Of a stretch of DNA of 64,000 bases, positions 12,701-24,806 are shown piece by piece; within the stretch, counting starts at the first letter, position 1, and the number at the start of each line of letters is the position of its first letter. The stretch is from Isurus oxyrinchus (Eukaryota), in contig JANJGN010000012.1 in assembly GCA_026770705.1 (NCBI GenBank), positions 108,624,001-108,688,000 of the forward strand, given 5' to 3'. Made by a program: the position numbers and the translations under genes. Under the pieces are notes generated by a model, which saw nothing but the letters and a program-made list of their open reading frames with translations, did no database searches and was not told the origin of the DNA.

Positions 12701-12830
12701 CGGTGTAGAGAATCAACTTTCATGCACAAAAGTTGTGCAAAACTTACCAATTCCAGTCTAAATGTAATGGCAGTCCCTATGGAGATACACCTGTACCTAC
12801 TGCTATAAAGAAGATGATCTTTATAGAGAC

Positions 12831-13482
12831 GGATAAGGAAAAATGAGATCTAATGAGAAAACTGGGATGTTGCTCACAGATAGAAGAGCACTTGAAAGAG
12901 AGCTTGAAATGCTTAAATGACTAACTTGTAGAAACAAATTCAACAAAAAATTATCTTCAATTAAAACTTGATGAACTTCAAGCATCAGAGGTCTCTTGTG
13001 GGCATTGTGCTAAATGTTGAAGACAGGAGAAGGAATTGCTGATGAATCCGAACAGCTGCTTAATAGAAGGATTAACAACCAAAACTGATGAACTGCTTGA
13101 GCTTTAGTCCAACCTGAACAACATGAAGGGTGAGATGCGCAGTATGGAAGAGCAAATACAAACTTTAAAAACAGAAAAGGTGAATTCTACGGAACAGGTT
13201 GAGGATCTAACGAATGAATTGAAAGAGTCTAAGGAACAGTCAGTGACCATGGAAGAAAGATTGTGAAAAGAACTGAAGGCCCAGGCGAAGTTGTTAAACT
13301 TATATAAGCGATCTGTAGATAACTCTTAAATAAAAACAAAACAACTTACCAGAGTTGTTACTGAGCTGAATGAAAAGATTCAAAAGGTTGAAAAACAACT
13401 GGAAAAGAAGAAAGAAGTAAAAAATTTGGCTAAAATTGTGAAACAAGTGGGAATGAAGGTTCCATTGTTGAAATGTATGCGT
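12831..13482 (+). pseudogene. TPR: Captured intronless TPR N-terminal coiled-coil fragment inside LTR element
   Basis: Translation EK*DLMR..LQLKLDELQASEVS..QEKELL..TKTDELL..MEEQIQTLKT..VEDLTNELKESKEQSVTMEE..LNLYKRSVDNS..LTRVVTELNEK..IVKQVGMKVPLLK matches TPR motifs (QLKLDELQASDVS, TKTDELL, LKEAKEQQASMEEKF, IVKEVEAKAPILK). Several in-frame stops. Confidence 0.8.
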
Positions 13483-14070
13483 CAGAAGGAACTGCATGAT
13501 GAAAGAAGAGGAAAAAGCACTATGGGGGTGAGTACAATCTTCGTCCACCCCCCCCAAAAAAGGGATAAATCAACAACTATCTATCACCCAAACTGCCAAA
13601 TTGACAAAGGGTGGTTCAATACCAAGGATTAGAAAAAGACGATGAAAAGATTCCCAAGTGTCAGAACAACCTCCAAATCAACAGAGTTTCCACTCCCCTG
13701 ACAGTAGTGCAAACAAATTACGGAAGGGTAATAAGGTGTCCAGACTGCCTGAACCTATGAACTCAGAGACTTGAAGGGGGGAGATGGGGTAGCAATAATG
13801 ATGTAAATACATGGGGTAAACTAGAATAACATGAATTACGTTGGATAAAGGCTTGGGGGAAGATGTATAAGGGTTTGGCACATAAAGGGTTAACATGGGA
13901 CTGAGTACAGTTCTGGCCACATAGTGATGTAAGAGAACACATGACCCACACCTGGGGGTCAGTCTAGTGGTGGACAAAGCTGTGTGTGCAAGCAAACACG
14001 GAGACAGCTCCGAGCTTGAACCCTTTACTGTATATATGTACATAGTTCTTGAAGTTAATAAATAAACAGA

Positions 14071-14760
14071 GGGCAGGAGATTCAGGTCAGCGGGCAGGCA
14101 CGATCTGCAGGTCCGGGTTTGGCCAGGGAACGGACTGCCAACTGCGATCAGCCCCTGACCACGATTTCACGCTGGCTAGCCAATTAATGGTCAGTAATCG
14201 TGAAGCGCGCGCTGAAATGCTCAGCACTGCTGGGGTGGGGGCAGGAGGGCCGTGGGCACTGACTTAAGTGTGGGTGCGGGTGAGAGCAAGTGCTGAATGA
14301 AAGTTCCCTGAAGGCAGAGAGCTGCTCCAGGGAGCTGAAGAATTTAGAACAGTTAAATAAAGTTTGTAAAATAAGGGAAAAAATGTCCAAGCATCACAAT
14401 CAGTCACCTGAACATGAGTGTGATAAAAATGTTGTCCGTAGATTTTTTTTAAAATTAATGACGGAAACCTCATCCTGCCCTTGGATGAGGTTTCATGAAA
14501 AATGCAAAGTCCGCTTGGCCGATTCGCCCGTCCGCCAACCGTAGGTTGGGCAGACCACAAAAAATCAGAGACAATAAAAACTTTAATGACCTCAATAGGC
14601 CTCTTAATTGTTGTCGGGTGTGCACCAAAGTGCGCCCGCCGACTGTAATATTGCACTAGTGCAGGATGACATCAGAGCGCTCTTCCAAATGTCATCTCGC
14701 GCGATTTCACGTCTGATTGGGTCAGGCGTGCGCCTGAATGTTTATCTAAAAATCCTGCCC
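14071..14760 (+). mobile_element. PIF/Harbinger-type MITE in 3' LTR
   Basis: TIR gggcagga../..tcctgccc; 3-bp TSD AGA. Confidence 0.85.
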
Positions 14761-17434
14761 AGAATTAACCTATTTAAGACTACAAAGACTTCATTAAGAC
14801 CTATTGGACTGTATCCAATGCCCTACAACAAAAACAGCCGAAACTAGAGTATTTATTTAAAGGGAGGAGGAAGGCGAAGAAATGCTGTGTGGAGTGCCTT
14901 AAAGGTCAGTATTATAACATCAGGGGCTTGGATTCAGAAGCCCTGTGCTTTGGTCAGATCTGCAGATAATACCAAATGAGGAGAGGCAGCTGACCCTGAG
15001 GAGGAAATACAAAATTAGCTGCACAAAATATGTAAACGGGTAGAACAGTGGCAGGTGAACTTTAATACAGACAGTGTGAAGTATTGTTATATAGGGAGAA
15101 AAGCAGACAACATACATGCTCTGTGGATGGTGTTGAAATAGCTAAGATTTAGTTGAAATGATCTATGGGACTTAGCAGACCCAGCATTCAGCATGTCAGC
15201 TTCAGCAGGACAACGAACAACAAGCAAATAAAGCATTGGACAGCTGGTAAGCAGTGCAGCATTGGTCAGGGCATCTCATGCCAAAACTGTTAGTGCTTGT
15301 TAGATTCCTTTATAGGGTATTGTGGTCGATCGGGTGACCAGGACACCCAGGAAACATTCCAACACGGCAGTCAGTTAGGAAAACAGCCACAAGGCAGATC
15401 CTTCGAGGAGAAGGGCATCAAGAAAGGCTGTGGAAACTTACGCTTTTCAATTTCAAATAAAGGTAAATGAGAAATTATCTTATTGGAGTATAAATCATAG
15501 CAAACTGTATGGTGATGGTAGATCCAAAAATTACTTCAACTGATGTGTAGGGGTAAAACAAAGGGAGACAACAGCAAATTATTCAACAGTTAAGTTGGGA
15601 CTAATATCAGGAAGATTTTCTTCACGTAAAGAAAACTTTCTCTGAGTGATATAGTGACAGCAAAAACCCTAGAATTGTTTAAGAAACCACTGGATAACAA
15701 CTGGGGGCATTGTAGGGTCTTTCTGGATCGAGAAACTAAAATAGGCTGAATCGCCTTCCTCAATGGTTTTCATGATTAGCTGATAGCAAGTGGCAGAATA
15801 GCAGGGACTGTTGAATTGGCCAGTCATCAGGATATTTAGATGTAGCACATCAAGGCAGGAATGAGCTCCCATAAATAATGCCATCTCTCAGGGTTTGCTG
15901 CTGTTTTTAATCACCTGGAACCCAAGGATTCAAGGACCAGTCGCATCAGTATAACTGACAGGCATTTCAAAGATACTAGCTCCTTAAAATGTGATTAATT
16001 TCTAATGATTTACCAAAATTAAATGATTTGCTGATTCACTGCAAATACGTAACTATTATTTGAAAAAAAGGAATTGTGATAAGCTTAATTTAATCAAATC
16101 AGTGTCCAAAGAGCAACAGCACCACCTTGTGGTTTAGAGAGTGAAAGGTACCTTTGAACACAGCTTTAATACTAAAATCATGGGGCTAGATTTTGAACTA
16201 TATGCCCAGTTGTAAAGCTGGAAACAGTTTCCATAACAGCGGCTGATGTGCAAAGCATAGATTAATATCTAAGCGACAGGTTGAACATCTGCTCCACTGT
16301 TCCAAAATCACAATTACATTAGGGGTTACATTGCTGCTAAATTTGCAGACAACAATTTAGTGTGAATAAACTGATCATATATTTCCTTATTTAAAAGCAG
16401 AATGATTTGCACCAATATGAGCTGGTCAATGATGTAGCCATTTTATTAACTGCAGGTTTAGCTATAAGATAATTTTAGTTTTTAAATAAAGGACTATAAT
16501 TTGCTGCGGCCAAGCAACTAACAGTTTTTGCCGTTGGTAGATTTGCCCTTGCAAAATAGGAAATAGGAGGAAGGGTAGGCCATTCAGCCCCTCAAGCCTG
16601 CTCTGCCATTGAACTAGATCATGGCTGATCTTCTACTTTAACACTATTTCCCTGCACACTCGCCATATCCCTTGATGTCATTAGTGTCTAGAAATTCATC
16701 GATCTCAATGACTGAGCCTCCACAGCCCTCTGGGGCAAAGAATTCCAACAATTCACCACCCTCTGAGTGAAGAAATTCCTCTTCACGTCAGTCCTAAATG
16801 GCCTACCCCTTATTTTGAGACTGTGCCCCCGGATCTAGAATCCCCAGCCAGGGGAACCATATTTACTGCATCTACCCTGTTGAGCCCTGTCAGAATTTTG
16901 TATGTTTCAATGAGATCACATCTCATTCTTCTAAACCCTAGAGAATATAGCCCAATTTCCTCAATCTCCCCTTGTAGGACAACCTCGCCATCCCAGGAAT
17001 CAGCCTGGTGAACCTTCATTGCACTCCTTCTATGGCAAGTATATCCTTCCTTAGGTAAGGAGACTAAAACTGTACACGGTAGCTGTCTCACCAAGGCTCT
17101 GTACAATTGCAGCAAGACACTTTTACTCCTCTATCCAAATCTTCTTGCAATAAAGGTTAACATAGCACTTGTCGTGCACCAGCATGTTAGCTTTCAATGA
17201 CTCACGAACAAGGACAGCCAGGTCCCTTTGAACATCAACACTTCCCAACCTCTCACCATTTAAGAAATACTCTGCATAAATACTCTGTGGATAACTTCAT
17301 ATATTTCCACATTATATTCCATTTGCCATGTTCTTGCTCACTCACTTAACCTGTCTAAATCCCCTTGAAGCCTCTTTGCATTCTCCTCACAACTCACATT
17401 TCCACCTAGTTTTGTATTATCAGCTAATTGGAAA

Positions 17435-19778
17435 CAGTCGTTTGATAGTACAGGACTTTATTGCTGAAAAAGGAAACATGCAGTTGAAGCTTTTCATCTT
17501 GCACTCATCAGGACAGAATTTGCAAGAATACCCATTGGAAAGGGAACAACAATTATACTGCATGAGAACAGACTGCTGATTGGTTGGCAAATGGACTCTG
17601 ATTGGTAGAGTTGTTGCCATAGAAAATGCACCAGGGAGCAGTTAACTGCCAAGCTTTTGATTAAATTCAAATCAGACAGGTCGAGTCTGATTGGTTAAGG
17701 CATTGCCATGCGGAATGAACCAGGGAATGGCTGTCCCTCAACTTTTATTTAGTTTAAAAGGGTGCAATGCATGGATATGCTCCTTCTGTGTGCAAAGGAC
17801 AGGGCCCTGTGTGTGAATATATGTAGTTTTTAGCACACGTAAGTGAGCCGCACTGTGAGCCCAACTGATAATCTTAAATTGGCTGTTAGTGTACTTCTTA
17901 GCACAATTAGGATTGTTTAGCAAGTGTTATCCAATTGCAGAATCACATCTAATGTTGGACACTATGTTTTGAGTTCTGCAAACACAGGCTGGCTGGGTAT
18001 GGTCAGTACTTTGCCAGTTGTGAACAGCCAAAGGGATATGCTGTTTGATATGATTTTCCAATCATTAGGATGTATGGCCTACAAACCTGGCATCACACTG
18101 GCTCTGAAATTCATATACTACATTATTCATTTGTGTGATAGGCAGGATGTCTTTTTAGTCCTGTTAGTGGAGAATACCACTCGTGTTGCTGTTGCATAGT
18201 AGCAGCATGAAACAGCTAGCTTCACCTCTTGCTCAAATTTTTGCGACAGCTTACCCTTCCAGGATAATGTGAGGTACACTGGGCGCTTTTCAGGACCGAA
18301 AGTGGTGGCCTTAAGCCATTCATAAATTTATGTGAGTTACAATGTGAAATGATCTGATCAGGGTAGCTGTTATCCCGCAGGATGGCTTTGATGCACCCTA
18401 TTTCAGAATCAAGCTTGCACTGAAGCAAATGGCTTGGCCCCTACTTATGAAGTTGGTAGTAAGGCCAATCTTATTGCATGTGGAACTGTAGGAATCCCAA
18501 CGCCTATATTGACCAATGAAGGTAGACAGCAGTTAAGAACCCACTGGCAGATTTCTCAATTAGCAAGTCAAGGAAAGTGAGCTCAATTGACTGCCCAATT
18601 TCAAAAGTTAATTTGAACGCAGGATGGAACCTATTAAGGCATGCAAGGAAATTCTTACATTCAGCTGCAGATTCAAATATAGCAAATGTATCATTTACGT
18701 AACAGAAGTATACAAGGGGTGGGAGGTTAGGTGTCATTCCATCGAAGGCGCATTTCTCGTGGAAACTGGCAAAGATGTTTACGAGAGCTGGGCCTAGAGG
18801 GGATCCCATGGCAATAGCATCTATTTGGCATACATGGTGTTGTTAAAATTGAACTCAACTGCACAAATTTCTGAGTTCATAACTTCAATGAACACAGATT
18901 CAGACAATGGCAGTGCATATAGCTCACTATGATATAGTGACATGATGCAAATGTCAGGCTTCTTTGAGCGATACATTGGTGAATAGGCTGTCAACGTCAA
19001 ACGAGCACAGGGACACGATTTTGCTATCAATATGTAAGTCCTGTATGGTTTTCACAAAGGTGAAGGAGTCCTTCACCATTTATGTGCAAAACTTGCTCAG
19101 AACTGGTTGCAGCAACTCACCCAACCATTTGCAATATTCATGTTGTGCAGAACCAGTCATAGATAAAATAGGGCATAAAGGGGCATCACTTCTGTGTGTC
19201 TTGGATAGGCCATCCATACATGGATGCAGTGAGCTGTTAAGGGTAAATCCAATCATATATACCAGCTGGCAGCTCATTACTGTCCAACAGGCATTTTTGT
19301 AACTTCCTTTCAAGCAAGGCTGTCCAGTCAAGCTTAGTGGCCAGTCCAATAGAAATAAATTTGGACCCATCATTAAGAATGATGTGCATTTTGTTGATCT
19401 GGTCACATTCATTAAGGATGACTATTCCAGTCCCTTTGTTAGGTTTAGAGATATGTTTAGAAAAACAAAAAAAACTGCGGATGCTGGAAATCCAAAACAA
19501 AAACAGAATTACCTGGAAAAACTCAGCAGGTCTGGCAGCATCGGCGGAGAAGAAAAGAGTTGATGTTTCGAGTCCTCATGACCCTTCGACAGAACTTGAG
19601 TGAATCCAAGAAAGGGGTGAAATAGAGATATGTTTGTCTGGGTTGGCCTTGAGGCCTTGCAGTGAAAAGTCTGGTAGCATTGCATGTGAAAATCTGCCAA
19701 GTTGTTTGGAATACTCCAGTATGTGTGCGCTAGAACAACTAGGCGGCTCCGAAAAGCTTCAACAGCATGTCTCTTTTT
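17435..19778 (-). mobile_element. Penelope-like retroelement (RT + GIY-YIG), decayed
   Basis: PNKGTGIVILN, APLCPILS, MGSPLGPALVNIF, YVNDTF, FLDLLI; GIY-YIG NVVYEFQSQCDARFVGHTS..LENHIKQH at ~18045-18130. Flanked by imperfect duplication tcagc..ttggaaa. Confidence 0.9.
19459..19622 (-). mobile_element. Short Penelope pLTR-derived element inside the Penelope ORF
   Basis: 13-bp TSD TAGAGATATGTTT; near-identical to 3191-3327. Confidence 0.78.
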
Positions 19779-22622
19779 TCAGCAAAACTTGGAAATATTA
19801 CATTTGGTCCACAACCAAATCATTGACAAAGATTGATAAAGAATAGCTAGGACCCAAGCACTGATCCTCACAGTACTCCATTAATCAGAGCCTGCCAATC
19901 TGTTTATTCCTACTCTCTGCGTTTTGTCCGTTAACCATTCCTCAGTCCATGCCAGTATATTACCCCCAATCCCACGTGCTCTAATTTTGCTTACTAACCT
20001 CCTATGTGGAACCTTACCAAATGCCTTCTTATAATTCACATACACCACATTCATTTATTCCTCTTTATCTGTTCTGCTAGCTACAGCCTTCCAATCCTGC
20101 AGGAACCTTTATAGAATCGATAAAATTTTGGAAGATGACCAGCAATGCATCTACTATCTCTACAGCCACCTCTTTCAACACTGTGGGATGTAGATCATCA
20201 GGTCCAGGGGATTTACAAACTTTCAGTCCCCTTAATTTCTCCAGTACTACTTTTTTATTAATAGTAATTTCTTTCAGTTCCTCTAATCCCTTTGTTCTCT
20301 ATTATTCCTGGAGGGCTTTGGTATCTTCTTCTGAAGACAGAGACAAAGTATTTGTTTAGTTTCTCTGCCATTTCCTTATTTTCTATTATAAATTCTCCTG
20401 TCTCTGTCTGTCTTTGCTAATCTTTTCCTTTTTACATGCATTTAGAAGCTTTTCTAGTCTCTTTTTATGTTTTTGGCTAGTTTACTTCCATATTCTATTT
20501 TCCCTTTCTTCAGCAGTTTCTTGATCATCTTCTGTTGAATTCTAAAATTCTCCAAATCCACAGGCTTCCTACTGTCTTTGGCAACTTTATAAGCCTTTTA
20601 CTTTGATTTAACAGAATCTTTAATTTATCTTGTTAGCCACAGTTGAATCACTTTTCCTATTGGGTTTTTGTGCCTCAAATGAATACATATTTGCTGTAAA
20701 CCATGTATTCATTATTTAAATGCCATTGCTTGTCTACTGTCACACCTCTTAATATAGTTTCCCAATCTACCACAGCCAACTTGTCCTTCATACCTTTGTA
20801 ATTTCCTTTTGTTTAGATTTAAGGCCCTAGTTTCGAATTGAACCACATCATTTTCACAGTTAATGCATAATTCTATCATATTATGGTCACTCTTCCCTAA
20901 AGGCTCCTTTACAATGAGATTATTAATTATCCCTTTCTCACTGCACAATACCAGATCTAAAATAACCCATACTTTAGTTGGTTCCTTAACATATGGTTCT
21001 AAAAAACCATCTTGTATACATTCCAGGAATTTGTCTTCCATGGCATTAGCGCTAATTAGGTTTACCCAAGTGTATAAGTAGATTGAAAGCTCTCATGATT
21101 ACTCTATTACCCTTGTTACATGCACCCCTAATTTCCTGATTTATTCCATGCTCTACATTATCACCACTTGGTGGCCATTAAACAGCTCTCATAAATGTTT
21201 GCTGCCCCTTGCTGTTTCTTAGCTCCACCCAAACTGAAACTACACCTTAATCTACCAATCTAAGATCCTCTCTCACTAATGTACTGATTTCATCCTTTGT
21301 TAATAGTGCTACCCCACCTCCTTTTCTTTTTGTCTATCCTTCCTAAATGTCAAATACCCTTGAATATTCAGTTCCTAGCCTTGGTCACCCTGCAGACATG
21401 TCTCCCTAATGACAATTCGATCATGCCTATTTACTTCTATTTGTGCCTTTAATTCATTTACTTTGTTGCAAATACTGCGTGCATTCAGATAGACTGCCTT
21501 TAATTTTGTCTTTTTAACATTTTTCTGTATATTGACCCTATATGATGCTGGTCTTAGTAATTGCTGCCTTCCAATTTCACTTACTATTTTTCTTCCTACC
21601 ATTACCAGCATTGTTTCTCTCCTATTTGAATTCCCTTCCTGGTTCCCTTCTCCTGGCCAAGCTAGTTTAAATCATCCCCAACAGCACTAGCAAATCTCCC
21701 TGAGAGGATATTGGTCCTAGTGCTGCTAAGGTGTAATCCCTCCACCTTTATAGGTCTCAGATGCCCCAGAACTGGTCTCAATGTCTCAGAAATCTAAAAC
21801 CCTCCCTCCTGCACCATCTCTCTAGTCACACGTTCATTTGCTCTATCCTCCTCTTGCTGTACTCACTAACATGTGGCACTGCTTTAGAATTTTAGATTTC
21901 CCTGTGTGGCAAGTTGCTGGGAATGCAAGCTAATAATGTGAAGCAAGGGAAACAGAACATCGGGGACCTGAGTGAACAAGGCAATCAATTGTATTGTTCC
22001 TTAACCATTCAGATTGAAAGATTGTGAAATTAACAGTGCCAGGACTGAGAAGAAAGTGTAAATTCAGGTGGGTGAGTTTGATATCACATTAGGTACAGAA
22101 AGAGAAATAAAGAGGGAAAGAAGGATTGAATGAAGAGAGAGAGAGAGAAAAATAAAATACAGAAAGGAAAAGTTAAAACAAAATTGACATTTTTCAAACC
22201 TCCAACAACAATTAAAGCCTGAAGGAATGAACTTAACAGTTGCTAAAGTTAACTTACAGTACCAAAGAGGTTGTTCCCCAATTCTTATTTCACGTTCTAT
22301 TCCTGACTTCTAACTGAATTCAATATTCCAACTTACACTTCCTAGGTCAGACCCTGAGATACTCATTAACTATTCTTTAGTCTAATCGGTTCACACAGGT
22401 CTCAGATGTCCTGTAAAAGGTGATGTGCCTTTTGGCTTTCTGATTTACAGTAATTTTCAGTGCAAAATTCCATAACTAGTCCTTGGACAAGTGAACGGCC
22501 AGCCTTGAAAGCAAAATCCAACCTATTAGATTAACATCTCCAGCTCTTGCACAAGTAGATAAAATGATAGCAGCTTCACATAACTAGTGCAGAAGTACAA
22601 TTTGAATCAACAAAAATCCTAC

Positions 22623-22679
22623 CTTTGAAGGCAGCAGGAACAGCAGTCGAAACAAATGCAGACCTTGTTGGAAGTGGCA
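22623..22679 (-). CDS. COL14A1: FACIT collagen short linker exon
   Basis: Strong polypyrimidine acceptor ttttttttcttgctgttag, donor GTAGGA; 57 nt, phase 1->1. Encodes LPLPTRSAFVSTAVPAAFK (cf. COL14 LPTRPPTFPPTIPPAKE). Confidence 0.75.
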
Positions 22680-22929
22680 CTAACAGCAAGAAAAAAAATC
22701 ATGGCTTATATTTTAATAATTGCAAACAAATGTATTTTTTGCAAGTTATCCTTGTGTTAAGTAATTCTACTAAAGAGTTCAGTTTGCTTAATTCCAACTG
22801 CAGCTCCCAAAATTGACTGCAAATAACTTTAAAATGAGTCGGTAATATAATATAATCTGTGCTCCACTTTAACATATTCCATGTATTGAAATACTTCAAC
22901 AGTATACATCGTGTAGGATTTAGGATATT

Positions 22930-24010
22930 GGCCCAGATCTTCCGGTCAGCTTCAGATAAAGCGTCCGATGCTGACTGCTATTTATTCTGTCCATTTACCA
23001 TTTCACACTGGAGCCTTTGCACCTTCTGATGCTGGCTCCTGAAGGGATGAGCAGTGCCAAGAAGCAAATTGTCGAGTGTAATTCCAATGCAGCCATGCCC
23101 TTTGTTCTCATCATGAACTTAGGACACGTCTCTTAAGGTCTGTCTTCAATTCATTGACTCACAGGTTTTAAATGTTGCTGTCAACCTTTGAAATTGCATA
23201 GCCTCAACCCCCTGACAGTGTTCACCCCACTTTCTCACCCTTTGACAGTGTTCACACCTCTCACCCGCCCCCACCGACAGCATTGACCCCCTCCCTCACC
23301 CCCAACATTATTCAGCCTCCCTCACCACACAAAAATGGGGCGGGGATTGTCACAGGGTTGTGGAGGGGGATGGGGGGTGGCACGTGGGGTGGATGTGAAC
23401 ATTACTGGTGGGAGGGTGGTGAAGGGTGGGTAACATTGCCAGGAGTTGCATAAAAGTTGCCAGAAGTGGGGTGAACACAGTTGGGGGAGGGGGAGGGGGG
23501 GAAGTGAACATGTGCCAGGAGGTGGGGGTGTGAACATTGTAAGGAGAGGGAGGTGAACACTGTTGGTGTGGGGGGGAGGAGGTGAACATTGCCAGGAGTG
23601 GTGTGAACATTGCCGGGGGTGGGGGGTGAACACTGTCAGGGATGGGGGGGTGAACATTGCCAGAAAGGGGTTGGGTGTGAATATTGCTGTGGGTGCTGGA
23701 GTGCTTTGACATTCTAGCTAATTTACTTAGAGTTACACTGGTTTTATATCTACTATGAAAACACTTAAGTAAATCCGTGTAAAAACCAAGTTAACTATCA
23801 CATAAACAGCCCAAGTCTCCGTGGTCCTGGCCATCTGATCCCATTGTTGGAATCATGGAGTAATCTGGGCAGGGCGTATACTGGCAATAGGACGTTTAAA
23901 CTTCCCATGTATACCACGGATGTGCGCACATCGGGACTTCATCAGGGGCCCGACACTCATTAACAACATAAACTGTCAGAGGCCTCTCCCTATATTAGAG
24001 GATGTGGGCC
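22930..24010. mobile_element. Harbinger-type non-autonomous element with internal minisatellite
   Basis: TIR ggcccagatc / gatgtgggcc; TSD ATT; internal (ggggtgaacattgccagg)n array at 23380-23710 with inverted units at 23210-23290. Confidence 0.7.
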
Positions 24011-24806
24011 ATTATTTCTCATTTTTAATACCTGAAATACGTTCATCTTGTATATATTATTACCCATTTCCTCTCTTATTTTATATGTGAGAAGCTCAAT
24101 TCTAACAGTGGCCTTGAAATCACTGTTGCGTGATGGTCATCCATTTAACATTACAACAATATCTATACTTCAAAAGTACTTCATTAGCCGCATGGTGCTT
24201 TGGGACATCCTGAGGTCATGAAAGACATTACGGGTTGGATTTTCATTGCTGAGGGAGGAAAACAGAAGCTGGGACTCTTTCCAGGTCCCGAACATAGATT
24301 CAGTGGCCAATTAACAGCTGTGGGGGTGGGAACGGAGGTGAGTCAGCTCAAGTGTGGGCCCGATTTAAACTCACCACAGTGGTCATTACCGTACTGAGAC
24401 TGCACAGTGAGGAATAAGGAAAAAACTCCATTTCCACAATGTCTCAGGAAAGCCAGAGGCCTGGAACCTGGGGCAGGGCAACCCCTCGATTTTCAGACAC
24501 AAGCCTGGAGGCTGTGAGGAAGAGGAAGGCAGAAGGAGGCACCATACAACCCAAACATGCCAGGATGGACATTGCTGCCAATGTCAGAAGTGTGGTCAGA
24601 AGAAGTTGGATCCGGTGCAGCATAAGGTTCGATAGCTAGATGCGCTCTGATAAGGTGGGTTACCCTCAACCCTCAGACAGGTCTCTGGGTATTCACCTTC
24701 CCAGAGACGCACCAGCTGAGGAGCCTCAGGGCACTTCCTGCTGCTGAGCATGGGAGGAGTGTATGCCCAGGGCACTTACAGACCCCTCAGAATGTCTCTG
24801 AGACAC

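Larger units (their letters stand above)
10863..14830 (+). mobile_element. Non-autonomous Gypsy-type (Mag-like) LTR element copy 2 with 5-bp TSD
   Basis: TG..CA LTRs at 10863-11117 and 13864-14830 (the latter split by a MITE). TSD AAAAC at 10858-10862 and 14831-14835. tRNA-Leu-like PBS tgttgtcagg at 11118; PPT gggggaaga before 13864. No RT/RNaseH/IN core seen. Confidence 0.88.
10380..15770 (+). mobile_element. Old CR1 LINE, host of LTR copy 2
   Basis: AGMDGIYLKVLK, WKQADMLPVFKRG before the LTR element; RT continues after 14835 (VP*GSVL-like, ADNTK, WQVNFN). Confidence 0.75.
16555..21880 (-). mobile_element. Long CR1 LINE split by a Penelope insertion
   Basis: EN start YLNARSICNK..ETCLQG, LDLVL..SDHNMIE; RT and 3' end GFRRMRCDLIETYKIL. 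Confidence 0.9.

Noticed and set aside
12321-13632. Functional TPR or UACA host gene
   Set aside because: Intronless, multiple stops, partial, and enclosed by LTRs with a TSD: a captured fragment.
1-22622. vWA or TSPN exon of the collagen gene
   Set aside because: Looked in the non-repeat gaps for DxSxS-type or TSPN motifs with splice sites; none found, so it is probably beyond the window.
23322-23712. Proline-rich protein ORFs
   Set aside because: Translation of the minisatellite inside a MITE.
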